A stretch of 64,000 nt of DNA, taken from Histomonas meleagridis 2922-C6/04-290x (lineage: Eukaryota; Protista; Parabasalia). The stretch is from contig JAANOX010000087.1 of the NCBI GenBank assembly GCA_020184695.1, forward strand, positions 248,001-312,000, written 5' to 3'. A program made the translations under genes and the position numbers. The notes below the pieces were generated by a model that searched no databases, was not told the origin of the DNA, and saw nothing but the letters and a program-made list of their open reading frames with translations. Position 1 is the stretch's first letter. Every line of letters starts with the position of its first letter. Shown here in pieces: positions 1 through 12,035 of this stretch.

Positions 1-967
1 CAATACATTACTTATTATATTAATGATTCGAATCAAAATAAAAAAGAAGAAATTGGTGATAATGAAATTTCAAAACAACAAAATGATAAGAACAAAACTA
101 CAAACATGTTCATAAAAGGAATATTTCAAACATTGAAAAAGATAAATTCATTGAGCAAATGTAAATTATCAGATATTCTGGGTTTAAATCATTTTGAGTC
201 TTGTGTTTGTTTTTGAAAAACTTTTAAAATAATTATCATATTGCTTAAATATATGTTTAATGATTTTAAGTGAAAGTACTGTTTATGTTGGTGCAAGTAC
301 AAGAAGAAGGGGCCGCAGCCAGGGAACTCTCAGAAATGCTTCTAAAAATCTAAGCACAAAATAGCAAAAAAATTGGAGCGCGTGTGCATTTTGTTAAGTT
401 TTTCTGAGTTCATCTGGTACTCCAATATAAATAATTACCAATTTTGTATATTTTTAAATATTTTTTCTTGGTGATGAAACAAAAGAAAATGATAATGTCA
501 AAGAAGGCAAATCATCAATTTCGAGTGATAAAGAAGAAAAGTTCGAAGAAATCTAAATTTCTAGTTCATAGAGTGACAAAGATGGAAAGTTAGGACCCAC
601 AAATTTAGTATATTGTCCAGATGAAAAAGTAGTTATACAAATCTTGAAAATGTTAGTTGAGAAGGGCTTCAACTGAACAAGGTCGTTACATTTGGCGGTA
701 AGCCAACAGAGTCGTTGTTAATGACTTTCGTATCAACAATTAAAAAGATGTACACTGTTATTGATTGGATGTTAACAAATGGCTAAGGATCGTTGAATAC
801 GTACAATGAAGGATGTATTTGCGAAGCATGTTAAGATTACTAAGTAAAGTCCTTAAATATGCAAACGTTTTTCATTCAAATTTTATGTTGGTCTGTCAGA
901 AATATAAACTTCAGAAAAATCACTGAAATTGAATGCAAAAGTCGGTTTATATTTGTCTTTCATCCCA

Positions 968-3900
968 ATGTCCAATCGAGACGACATTTTCTTATGGCAA
1001 AAAATCATCCAACAAAAAATATTAGAAATAAATTTGGATAACATTGATGAAACAATTCAATTAATAGTTGCCTTATATGATGAAAATTTCCCTTATTCAT
1101 TTAATGTTATTGTTTGTTATCTGATTTATGAATCCTTTGTTTCTCATAAGGATTCATTTATCCTTTATATTCAATTTTTACAACAACTTAAAGATAAAGA
1201 AAAAGAAATAAATGATGTCAATTTTGATTTAATTGAAGTTTTTGCACAATGTCTTACTCTCTTAAAATCGCAAGAATCAAATTACCTTCTTGCAGTATTA
1301 ATTGAACAAGGATTAATATCACCAAAATTTGCTGTTCAAAAAGGTTCACTAATTTTAGTTAATTACATAATTGATGAAGGAAAATCTCTTCGTCCGGATC
1401 AACGTTGTGGAGATTATAATAAGAAAGTTACTAAATGTTTTCAAAAGGAACTAAAAAAAGTATATAAAACTGATGAAGATCTTCATAAAGATTATGTTTT
1501 TGAAGGAGTTAATCAATTAAAAATTTCAAAAATTATTCGAAATGATGATGTTAATACACTTCAAGAAATGTCATCATTAAATAACTTTGATATTAATCAA
1601 GTAATTCCTCCATCTTTATATGAAAGATGCACATTTATTAATCAAGAAAATGTTCGACTTATTGACTATGCTGCATTTTTTAATTCGATTAAATGTTTTA
1701 AATTTTTGTTGTTAAATGGAGCTGATTTAAGTGAAACTGCTAAATATGCGGTTGCAAGTGGAAATCTTGAACTGATTCATATATGTGAGCAAAATAATAT
1801 ATCTTTTAGAGGTTCATATGAAGCAGCAATTGAGTTCCATCAAAATGACATTTTTTTATATCTTTATGAAAAGAAAATTACAAAAATCAAAGATTTAAAA
1901 TATTTAGGGAAAAAATGTATTCAACATAATAACAATGAAATTCTTTCTTTTTTATTAGATGAAGGAATGGATGTTAATGATTCTTTGATTTATGAGGTAG
2001 CAAAATTGGGTAATTTATATCTTACAAGATTTTTTATGGAGCATGTAGAAAAAGTTCCTTTATTTTTAGTTTTTTCATCAGTCGTCTCAAATAATAGTGA
2101 ACTTGTATCATATGTTCTTAAACTAAAAGGCATAAATGTAAATGTCATAAGTTTTTCATTTTGATTTTTAAAGTTTGTTTGTTCTAATCAAAATTTTTAT
2201 ATAATATTTGGAAATAATTTTAATTATTTAATACACCACTAATTTATGCTACTAAATATTGTTTTACTGAAATAGTTGAATTGCTTGTTAAACATAATGA
2301 AATAGATGTTAATATTCGTGATGTTTTAAAGTGATTTTCAAAATATATTTTGTTTAGTTAAAGTTTAAAAATTTGATTAGGAAATTATTCACATTATTTA
2401 AAACAGCATTAATACATGCAGTCAATAAACGTTATCCAAAAATTGTTATGACACTTCTGCAAAATGAAAAAATTGATATATATATTAAAGATGTTTATTG
2501 TATTTTAATAATATTTATTTTGATTTTTTAATATTTTATTAAGTTTTATAATGTTTCAATTCATTATTAGAAAGCGCTTTAACAAATGTTTTTAATTATC
2601 GTAAAAAATATAAAATTATTTTAATGCTTCTACAAAAGATAAAAGATGATATAAATGATGATATATATTTTTTTTAGTTTTTGAAGTTTAATATTATAAT
2701 ATTTTTTTCCTAAATACTGATATTTTTAAAAAAAGCATTAATGGAAGCAATTCGCGATGAAAAAGTAAATGTAGTAGAAATGATTCTTAAGAAAAATGTG
2801 ATTGATGTTAATATCAGAGATATTTGTATAAGTTATTTATTATTTGTTTTAATAATTTGATATTTCACAATAATAATTGAAAAATATTTCAATCGTTTAA
2901 AACACTACTTATTTTAGCATCCACATTTGGTAGTACAGAAATCGTTAAACTACTTCTTGAACAAGAAGGAATTGATATTAATGCTGAAGATATTTATTTA
3001 TTTTATTTAGAATTTATTTTAATAATTTAATATTTCAAAATAATATTTGGAAATTATTTAAATTATTTAAAACAGCACTTATGAAAGCATCTTTAAATGG
3101 TCATACAGAAATCGTTAAATTACTTCTTGAACAAGAAGGAATTGATATAAATGCTAAAAATATTTATTTGTTTCATTTAAAATTTGTTTTAATGATTTCT
3201 TATTTCAAAATAATATTTGGTATTTGCTAAAATAATTTTACGATACCCTTGATATTTTAATTAGTAAAGATACACGTCAATCCTTATTGGATTCATATAC
3301 TGTAAATTTGATTCTTAACACTTTTATTGATTGGTATAAATGTAATAATTTTTTTTTCAATCTTTTGAAGATTGTTTTAAAAATTTATAAATCTTAAATT
3401 TTATTTGATTTTTCTTATAATTTATTAATGCAGCTTTTATAAAAGCTTTTCAAAAAGGTCTAATAGAAACTACTTGTTTACTTCTTGATGAGGATCAAGA
3501 TGATTATGATGATTATGATGATCTTGATGTTCATATATAATATTTTTTGTTTCATACAAGTATAAATAATTTCTTAATATAATTTGATACAGCACTAATA
3601 ATTGCAACTATAGAGGGATTCAAGAAAACCACTATAAATGTTATAAATGTAAAAGGTAATTTTGATGATGTTCATTAATTTTTTTTGATGAATTATTTAC
3701 AGCAATAATAAATAACAATATTAAAGAAATTGTTAAAAATTTTCTTATACAAAAAGCATTAAATTTTGATGAAAAAAAGGATTATTTTATTAATTTGATA
3801 TTTTAACCTAATAATTATAATTTCTTTTTATCATTTAAATATCGAGATAAACTTAAAAAGATTTTGAAGTATCTAGATTATGAAAGTTTTAATAATTCTG

Positions 3901-6013
3901 ATGATATTTATTTTAATTTTAAATTATTTATTAAATATATTTGAACATTACAAAATATTTGAAGGTGATATTGATTTGATTCAATCTAAACTCATTAATT
4001 TTTTTAAATCGTTTCTTGATAAGAAGGAAATTGAAATTGGAATTAATCAGGAAGTTTAATTATATTATGAAAAGTTTAACTTACTTTCATGTATTATAAC
4101 TATTAATCTATATTTTCTTAATTATTAAATAAAATACTTTGTTGTGCATGCAAGTTCGGGCTTATTGATACTGTAAAACAGATTTTTGAACAAGAACATT
4201 ATCATATAAAGAAGAAAGTATCTGTTTGTTTATAATATTATATATAATCTATAAATATTTCTGAATGCTTTTACATTTGCAGCTGGATATGGTTATCTTG
4301 ATATTATTAAATACATGTATAAATATTATGATCTTTCAATTGATCAAGATATTTATTTTTTTTATTCAGTTCCATATATATTAATTATTTATTCTATAAT
4401 AATATTTAGGAATTATTCAAATAATTTAGAAATCCATTGGTAGAAGCCATTAAAAATAAGCAAAAAGAAGTTGTAATATTTATTATTGAAACTGGAAATT
4501 TTGATATTAATGCTAAAGATATTAATTTTAATTTTATGTATATATTAATAACAATTATTTGGTATTTCTTTTAAATATTTAGAATACATTCACTTTATAT
4601 AACACTTTGCTTTTAATTGCTGTCAAAAAACGTTATACTAAATATGTTAATTTCCTTCTTAAACAAGATGGAATTAATGTTAATTTTAAAAATTTTCATA
4701 TATCAAAAGAATATTTAATTTTTTTTCTGATTCTATAAAACAGCATTAATGATCGCAATTAAACATAATCTTATAAAAATAGTAGATTTACTTCTTGAAC
4801 ATGAAGAGATTGATGTTAATGTTAAAGATATTTAATTATTTTATTGAATATTTATTTTATTAATTTGATATTGAAAAAATATATTTGGTATTTAGTCAAA
4901 TTACATAAAACAGCACTAATGATCGCAACTAAAAACGGTTACACTAAAATTGTTCAATTTCTTCTTCAAAATAAAGATGTTGATATTAATATTAAAGATA
5001 TTTGTTTATTTTATGAAAAGTCTGTTTAATTAATTTTCAATTTTTAGGCGATATATGGAAATTATTTGATTTATTTTGGACTGCATTATTTACAGCAACT
5101 CATTTTGGATATTTAGATATAGCAAAATTACTTCTCGAGCAAAAAGATATTGATGTCAATTCAAGATCAGTTAATTATATATGTATGTAATTTGTTATAA
5201 TAATTTGGAGTTTAAAAATAAATTTTAGAAAATGTTCATTTTATTTCGAACTGCACTTATGGAAGCCTGTGAAAATAATCACACAGAAATTGTTAAATTA
5301 CTTCTTGAACATAAAGATATTGATATCAATGTTAAAAATATTTATTTGTTATATTTATTATTTATTTCAATTATTTGATATTATTTAATAAAATCTGGAA
5401 TTTTATTGAAGAATTTGACACAGCTCTAATGTTCTCAATACAAAGTGGTAATATTGAAATTGTTAACATGTTTGTTCATAGAGAAGAACTTAATATTAAT
5501 GCTAAAAATATATATTTGTATTTTAACAAAGTTTTTTTCAATTATTTCGTGATTTTAAAATATATTTGATATTTAAAAATATTGTTTCGAACTGCATTAA
5601 TGATGGCATGTTTTTATGGTAACATCGAAGTAATCAAATCCATTCTTAAACATAAAAATATTAATGTAAACATTAAGGAAAAAGTTAAATAATCTTAATC
5701 GATGTAAAATTAATTTTTTTCACTGTTTCTAACTAATTTTTGGAAGAACAGTGCTTATTTATGAAACAATAGAACAAAACGTTGAAATTGTTAAATTACT
5801 TCTTAAGAAGAAAGAAATTAATGTAAATTCAAGAGATTTTTGTTGATTTATTTTGAGATTTTATTGAATAATTTGAGGTTTTAATGCTGAATTTGGTGCT
5901 TATTTAAATGAATTTGGACAGCTATTATGTATGCATCGAAACTGGGTAACATCCCAATAATTAAAAAACTTCTCAAAAGAAAAGATATTATTATTTATGG
6001 AAAAGAAGTTTAA
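968..6013 (+). CDS. DUF3447-type ankyrin-repeat protein; the repeat region is interrupted by 17(-18)-nt spacers between single codons
   Basis: ORF 929..2164 (first ATG 968) has the parabasalid IIRNDD / SLYER / LIDYAAFF..SIKCFKFLL signature. About 20 downstream ankyrin units (TAL..A...G..EIVKLLL...IDIN) join in frame when spacers are removed, e.g. AGT2150[17]AAA[17]AAA[17]GGA[17]AAT ACA CCA = S-K-K-G-N-T-P-L. Predicted stop TAA 6011-6013. Three 3' linkers need an 18-nt spacer. Confidence 0.75.
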
Positions 6014-6405
6014 ATATTTTTTTGGATGATAATTCTTCTTGTTATTTCAAATTTCAATGTCATATTTGATCTTTATTTAACTTATATAATAATGTGCTTT
6101 CAATTGCAGCAGAATATGGTAATCTTGATGTTATACCTCTATTTCTATAATAAAATTTCAAATCTCGAGGTTTTATTTTAGGAAAAAATAAAAATTTATA
6201 ATTTTTTATGCTTTTTATATATATATATATATATATAAATACTAGATACAAAATTTGTGTTTCTAAATCTCATTATTCTCTAGAATCATTTCATTAGTTA
6301 AAATGATTATAGAAAACTGTTTTACAAGATATAAACATAACAACTTGAAAAGCAAATATTAGCTCAAATAATTAAAAAAAATCCGTTTATATAAAAACAA
6401 GCAAA

Positions 6406-7167
6406 TTAATCATCTCTTCTCCTTCTGTGATGTTTTGGGTCCGTAATCGCCGCAACACCATGTACATTGACAGAAAACCTCTGGCGGAGTAATTTGGCTG
6501 GTTCCCATGGCACACGCGTGCGTTTTTCTGGTCCGCCATATCTTTCTTTAGCTTCTTCGCCTTCACCCTCGAGGTGAAACATAGACTGGATACTGAAGGT
6601 GTCATCATCCTGGGCACTTGGGGTGATTGATATAAATGATTGAAGCTGTGGAAGATTGATGATCTTGTTTGAATCAAAAGTTGTTGGTACTGGCTGTATG
6701 TTTTTGGGTGGATATTGCGGAGATGGCACGTCAATCCAATCATTGGAATCTACTTCTTGATCATTTTGCAGAGCTTGATGTGAAAAAAATGGAAATGGTT
6801 GATTTCCATATAAATCGGCTACTCCAAATCCAAAATGTTCAAGTAGTTGAACTTCTTGCTCTGAGAAGGAAAGCAATTGACCAGATGAATCACGAAACTT
6901 TTTTACTTCAGCAACTTTAATTTGAGACTTACCCATGGAATCAAAATCTTCAGCATCCATAAAGTCTTCCATTGTTTTCTTTGGAACAACTGTTTTCCGA
7001 TCTCTGGAAGAAAAAAATGGTTGCGAAACAAATCCCTCTGAATCTGCAACTGTATTGAAATTTCCAGCAGAAAAACCACCAGTGAAAGCACCATGGAAAA
7101 CTTTACGTCCAAATTGGTCTCGAGGTGCTTGTGATGGATTAACTTTTCTTCTTCTCCTACCAAGCAT
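6406..7167 (-). CDS. G-patch domain-containing protein 1-like (DUF1604 N-terminal motif)
   Basis: RDQFGRKVFHGAFTGGFSAGNFNTV..EGF matches the conserved N-terminus of the GPATCH1/TOUGH family; C-terminal PWEPAKLLRQRF motif. Confidence 0.75.
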   Translation of the reverse strand: MLGRRRRKVNPSQAPRDQFGRKVFHGAFTGGFSAGNFNTVADSEGFVSQPFFSSRDRKTVVPKKTMEDFMDAEDFDSMGKSQIKVAEVKKFRDSSGQLLSFSEQEVQLLEHFGFGVADLYGNQPFPFFSHQALQNDQEVDSNDWIDVPSPQYPPKNIQPVPTTFDSNKIINLPQLQSFISITPSAQDDDTFSIQSMFHLEGEGEEAKERYGGPEKRTRVPWEPAKLLRQRFSVNVHGVAAITDPKHHRRRRDD

Positions 7168-7259
7168 ATTATTAGTAAATTATTTCACTGTTATTGTCAA
7201 TTTATTTTTGGCAATCTCATAGAATTATTTGTGTAATTTATGTATGACGATAAATCCTT

Positions 7260-7744
7260 GAAGCTTGTACGTGAAGTACCTCATATTAATGGTTAAAGAG
7301 ATAGAAATTTCCATTTCTTGCTGATACATTTATAATTTTTTATTGATTTTCATGCCTTCTTCTATCAAAAATGAAAAGGGTTTGATAATTTCCACTATTA
7401 ATACAAACACAACCCAATTCAGTAATCAAATTTCCATCCAATTTATTTTCATAAATATATTTAAAGATGTCATTTTTATGACATTAAATTGCTGTTTCAT
7501 ATGCATCTTCAAATGATGAATGATTTTGTTCACATAAATGAATGATTTCTTCATTTCCGCCTGCAAATGCATATTTACATGTATTTTCTACACTTGCACC
7601 ATTCATAAGTAAATATTTAAAACATTTAATAGATCCAAAAAATGCTACATAATCAATTAATGTTGTATCACATTGAATAATCGAACCTCTTTCATAAAGT
7701 GATGATTTAATTCTTTGATTAAAGTCAAAATCAAATATGAACAA
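7260..7744 (-). pseudogene. Truncated DUF3447/ankyrin gene fragment
   Basis: FDFNQRIKSSLYER..LIDYVAFFGSIKCFKYLLMNGA..IIHLCEQNHSSFEDAYETAI is homologous to the other ankyrin-gene N-termini. Frameshift near 7484; the 5' part is replaced by unrelated sequence. Confidence 0.8.
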
Positions 7745-7971
7745 TTGTTTTCCAAAAAAGTTTTCCCAAATGAATCAAAATTAATTTCATTAATTTTTAT
7801 AACAAGAGAATAATCATTGTATATTTTAAGTATATATTGCTTAAAATCTTCAATGATATTTGGAAATTTTCTGTTAATTTCTTTTTCTTTCGTTTGAGTT
7901 GCTTTCAAATATTTGAAATATGTAGAAAACTTTTTCTTTTGGGAACAATATGAACGAATCGTTTCCCCACT

Positions 7972-8722
7972 GTAATTCCAGCTCTGCAAGTTTGCTCCCA
8001 TATTGTTGCAGTTAAAACGCTCGTAGTCTGAATTAATATTAAGTAATTTTATAAATTACGTTCACTGTGAACAAATCAGGACGCTTAAAGTAAGGATATT
8101 TATACTTGAATGATTTTGCGCAGTATGAAATTTTTATTTAACTTTCAGTAAAGTTAAATAAGATCAAAGAGATTCATCGGGGATAGATCTATTTCATGGC
8201 GAACGGCGAAATGTTTTGACCCATGAGAGAGAAACTAAGGCGAAAGCATCTATCAAGTGGAGTTCTATCGATCAAGGGCGAGAGTAGGAGTATCCAACCG
8301 GATCAGAGACCCGGGTAGTTCCTACCTTAAACTATGCCGACGAGGGCTTATTTTTTATTTTAGAAGTAGGACCATTAGAGAAATCAATAGTTCATGGGCT
8401 CTGGGGGAACTACGACCGCAAGGCTGAAACTTGAAGGAATTGACGGAAGGGCACACCAGGGTGGAGCTTGTGGCTTAATTTGAATCAACACGGGAAACTT
8501 ACCAGAACCAGATATTTTTAATGACTGATCAGGATAAAGTTCTTTCAGGATATAATTTTTGGTGGTGCATGGCCGTTGGTGGTGCGTGGGTTGACCTGTC
8601 TAGCGTTGATTCAGATAACGAGCGAGATTATTACCAATTAAATAATTAATAATATTAACATATTATTTAATTTCTAATTGGGACTCCCTGCGTCTAAGCA
8701 GGAGGAAGAGGATAGCAATAAC
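7972..8722 (+). rRNA. 18S rRNA: Internal fragment of parabasalid 18S (SSU) rRNA gene, truncated at both ends
   Basis: Conserved SSU motifs GTAATTCCAGCTC, GCAGTTAAAA, AAACTTGAAGGAATTGACGGAAGGGCAC, GGTGGTGCATGGCCG and GATAACGAGCGAGA. The match ends abruptly at GCAATAAC (8722) instead of continuing AGGTC. Confidence 0.95.
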
Positions 8723-9790
8723 TCACAACAAATAAGCAGTCCAGAAAAATCAATCAAAAAATCAACTATTGCAAAAATCAGACATGAATCACATTTATTT
8801 TTTCAAACCACCCAAAAGGAGACCTCAAATGACTCAAGCATGCTTGGATAGAAGACTTACTTTCGCTTATTTTATGTTACAAAACGAGGAAAAAAATGAA
8901 AAAATTGTGTTTAGTGATGAGTGTAAAATCCAATTTTGTCCAGATAATTCATATTTATGGAAAAAACATGGCAGTACAAATGAAAATATTTATGTGAATG
9001 AAACAAAACAGCCAAAAAAAATCATGATTTTCGGTGCAATTGGTATAAATTATAAGTCAGAGTTTGTTGTCTCTCCAGTGGAAATTAATGCTGAGCAGTA
9101 CTGTCATAACGTTCAACTACTTGGAATCTTGAACAGAAAAGATGAAAATTATTTTATGCAAGACAATGCTCTATCTCATGTAGCAAAAGAAACAATGTTA
9201 TGGTTAAGAAAACGAATCAACTTACTTGGTATCTGGCCTGCAAACAATCCAGACTTGAATCCAATAGAAGTAGTATGGGCAATGCTTAAAGAATGGTTAT
9301 CCAAACAATCAGAACCACAAACGATCTATGAAATGATAAATTTATGCCGTCATTGGTGGAATAATATACTTACAATGGAACAGGTAAATGCTTTAACTAG
9401 ACAATTAAATTCAAGACTTAAGTATTGTATTTTAAATGGAGGAATGTGCATAAATGAATATATCAGAAGAAATACTTTCCCTTTTAATGGGCTCATACCC
9501 CAATGTGAAAATGAGCTTCAAATTATTGAAGATGCACAACTTTTTTTGAAATTTGATCCAAGCATCAATGATCCTTAAAGATTCGACCCTAATGCTAGAG
9601 CAGTTCTAGATCTGAGAAACAAGCAAAGAGCAGCAATCCGCAAATGGACAGATGAAGAGGACAAATTGCTATGCCAATTAGATCTAGAGAATGGAAAAGA
9701 ATGGTCTAAAGTACCACTGATTTTTGGAAATACCCGAACATCTGGACAATGTAAATATCGCTACAAAATTTTAAAGGACAATGGCAAATT
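8723..9790 (+). mobile_element. Tc1/IS630-like DD34E transposase remnant with in-frame C-terminal Myb/SANT repeat
   Basis: VFSDECK, MQDNALSH and WPANNPDLNPIE, with 34 residues between the second D and E. 5'-truncated, with a frameshift near 8795. After TAA 9576-9578 the same frame reads RKWTDEEDKLL..GKEWSKV..RTSGQCKYRY. Confidence 0.85.
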
Positions 9791-11930
9791 ACACACACAC
9801 ACACAGCGCTATGTGAGCTTCGTGCTACGCACTCGCTCCCACTCGCGCTACATAAACTAAAGGATGAACGGTGTAAACGCGATTGATTTTCATAAATCGG
9901 TTGGTTTTTGATTGAAAGTAATTAAATATATTTAAATTCATGATGACATTTATTTTTTAAATGTGTGAGGCATGACAAACTAACTAACTAACTAACTAAA
10001 AAAGTTATTAGCTAAAGGAAATTCGGAAAAGCTGAATGAGTTTCTCCATTTTAGTGATTTGACGTGAATATTGCATGTTTACTGGAGCTGATGATGATAA
10101 CGGATGAGTTGTTGTTAATGCTACGTGGAAAGTTGTGTTTGGAGCTTAAAGTTGTTATTAACTGAGGTTGTGAATGTAAAAAGTACCTTTTAATTTTCAA
10201 AGGTGATTTTTTAACCCTTTTTTTGAACCCTCAACGAAACGGAGAAAATGAGCATTTATTGAAGGATTTAACGCAAAAGTTGACGGTTGATATATCGGTA
10301 AGAATTTGTTGTTAATCCTATGTGGATTTTAGTGTTTGGAGCTTAAAGTTGTTATTAACTGAGGTTGTGAATGTAAAAAGTACCTTTTAATTTTCAAAGG
10401 TGATTTTTTAACCCTTTTTTTGAACCCTCAACGAATCGGAGAAAATAAGCATTTTTTGAAGGATTTAACGCAAAAAGAATATGACAAAAAAATAAATTAT
10501 TTGAACTAAGTTTTATAATAATCCGTAAAGTTTTTTGAATTTTGAATAATAAAGTGCAAAACTTGAATTATTAGTATCTCTGCAATAAACATGAGCAGAA
10601 CCGCGCTTATCATAACAGATTGTTAATTATCTGAATTTAATACCGTTCCAAAAGTAAAACGCATCTGTTTTATCATCATAATAATAATCTTCTAATTGAT
10701 GATTGCCATACTTATTAACTTCAATTGAATCTTCATTGATTTCGTCGAAGAATTCAAAAGTCTTTTCCTTTACCTGAACTTTTATTTTTTAGATTTTCTG
10801 ACTGATAAACCCAACGGAGATTTGAAACGTGATTGTTTGAACGATTGTGATCTATGTGATCTATAAAAGGTTTGTCATCAGGATTTGGAATAAATTGTAA
10901 CGCAACGATACGATGCTTAAGATATAATTTTCTGTTTAATTTACATGCAATATAACCGGTAGTTTTTATTGAAAATTCTTTAATGACTTTTTTATCATTT
11001 TTTCTTCTAATGGCATAAGGGTATTCTGTGTTAATCTCATAATTTCGGTTTACAACGCAAGTTTTCCAACTCATATTTTATTAAAAATAAAAAATTAAAT
11101 TTTTTTAAAATTAGCTTTAATTTTTTATTTTGTAAAAAAAAAAAAAAAATGTTAATTTACTTCGTTTCGTTGAGGGTTCAAAAAAAGGGTTCACTTTTTT
11201 ATTTTTTTAACCCTCAGAAATTTTGTGTCACTTTTCGAGTGTCACTTTTTTGTAAAGGTCGTTGGTTCGAGATACAGCACTATTGAATTTGAATGAGTTC
11301 TGAAAAAGTTTTTAAAAGTATTGAAATCTTAAAAAAAAATCTGACACGCGTTTCTCGACACAGGAGCATTTTTTTTTCAATGTTGTAAAAAGTAAAGTAT
11401 TGAATTATTTTACAATGAAAAAATTTTGGTGGTAATTGAACGTTAAGGATTAGAAATTGGCGGGCAGTAATGAGATTTGAATGAGTACTGAAAACAAGAT
11501 TTGAATGATACTATCAATTAGTGTCAAACGTAAAATTTTTTGAATTGTCATTGAATTTAGTGGCAAATGTAAAAAATATTTGATGACGAATTTTATGACG
11601 GTGTTTATGACGAAGGATAAAGTGAACGTTAAGGAAGAACGTTAGAGTTGAACGTTAAGGTAGAACGAGTAAAAAAAGTTCAAAAATAAAATTCAATAGG
11701 TTTGGGAATCGAACGTAAGGTGTTGATAAAAAACGCTACGTTAGGGAATCGAACGTAAGGCGTTCATTGAAAAAGTGAAAAACTGACATTGAAATTTAAA
11801 AATTAAGATATTTCGTTATATGATAGTTATTTTTATATTATTTACATATCAAACGATTTCCTTTCGTTTGTACTTCCCGGGAAAGTTATTTTTAAGCCTT
11901 CAAACTCTTGATTTTCAAGTGATTTCACAT
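9791..11930. repeat. Left terminal inverted repeat arm (imperfect; contains 197-bp tandem units and an HNH gene)
   Basis: Reverse complement of blocks in 31240-33483. The 197-bp period is seen from GTTTGGAGC at 10137 and 10334. Confidence 0.85.
10560..11074 (-). pseudogene. HNH endonuclease, frameshifted paralogue of 18961..19521
   Basis: KHRIVALQFIPNPDDKPFIDHIDHNRSNNHVSNLRWV is an HNH_3-type motif. Homology continues past a frameshift near 10760. Confidence 0.85.
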
Positions 11931-12035
11931 GAATGGAGAAACTCACGGAACAATTTTGAATTTCCTTTAGCTAGTTTCTTTTTTAGTTAGTTAGTTAGTT
12001 AGTTAGTTTGTCATGTATAAAAATAAATATTAATA

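Noticed and set aside
1-860. Possible gene remnants at the window start
   Set aside because: Only short stop-ridden frames with no recognisable motif.
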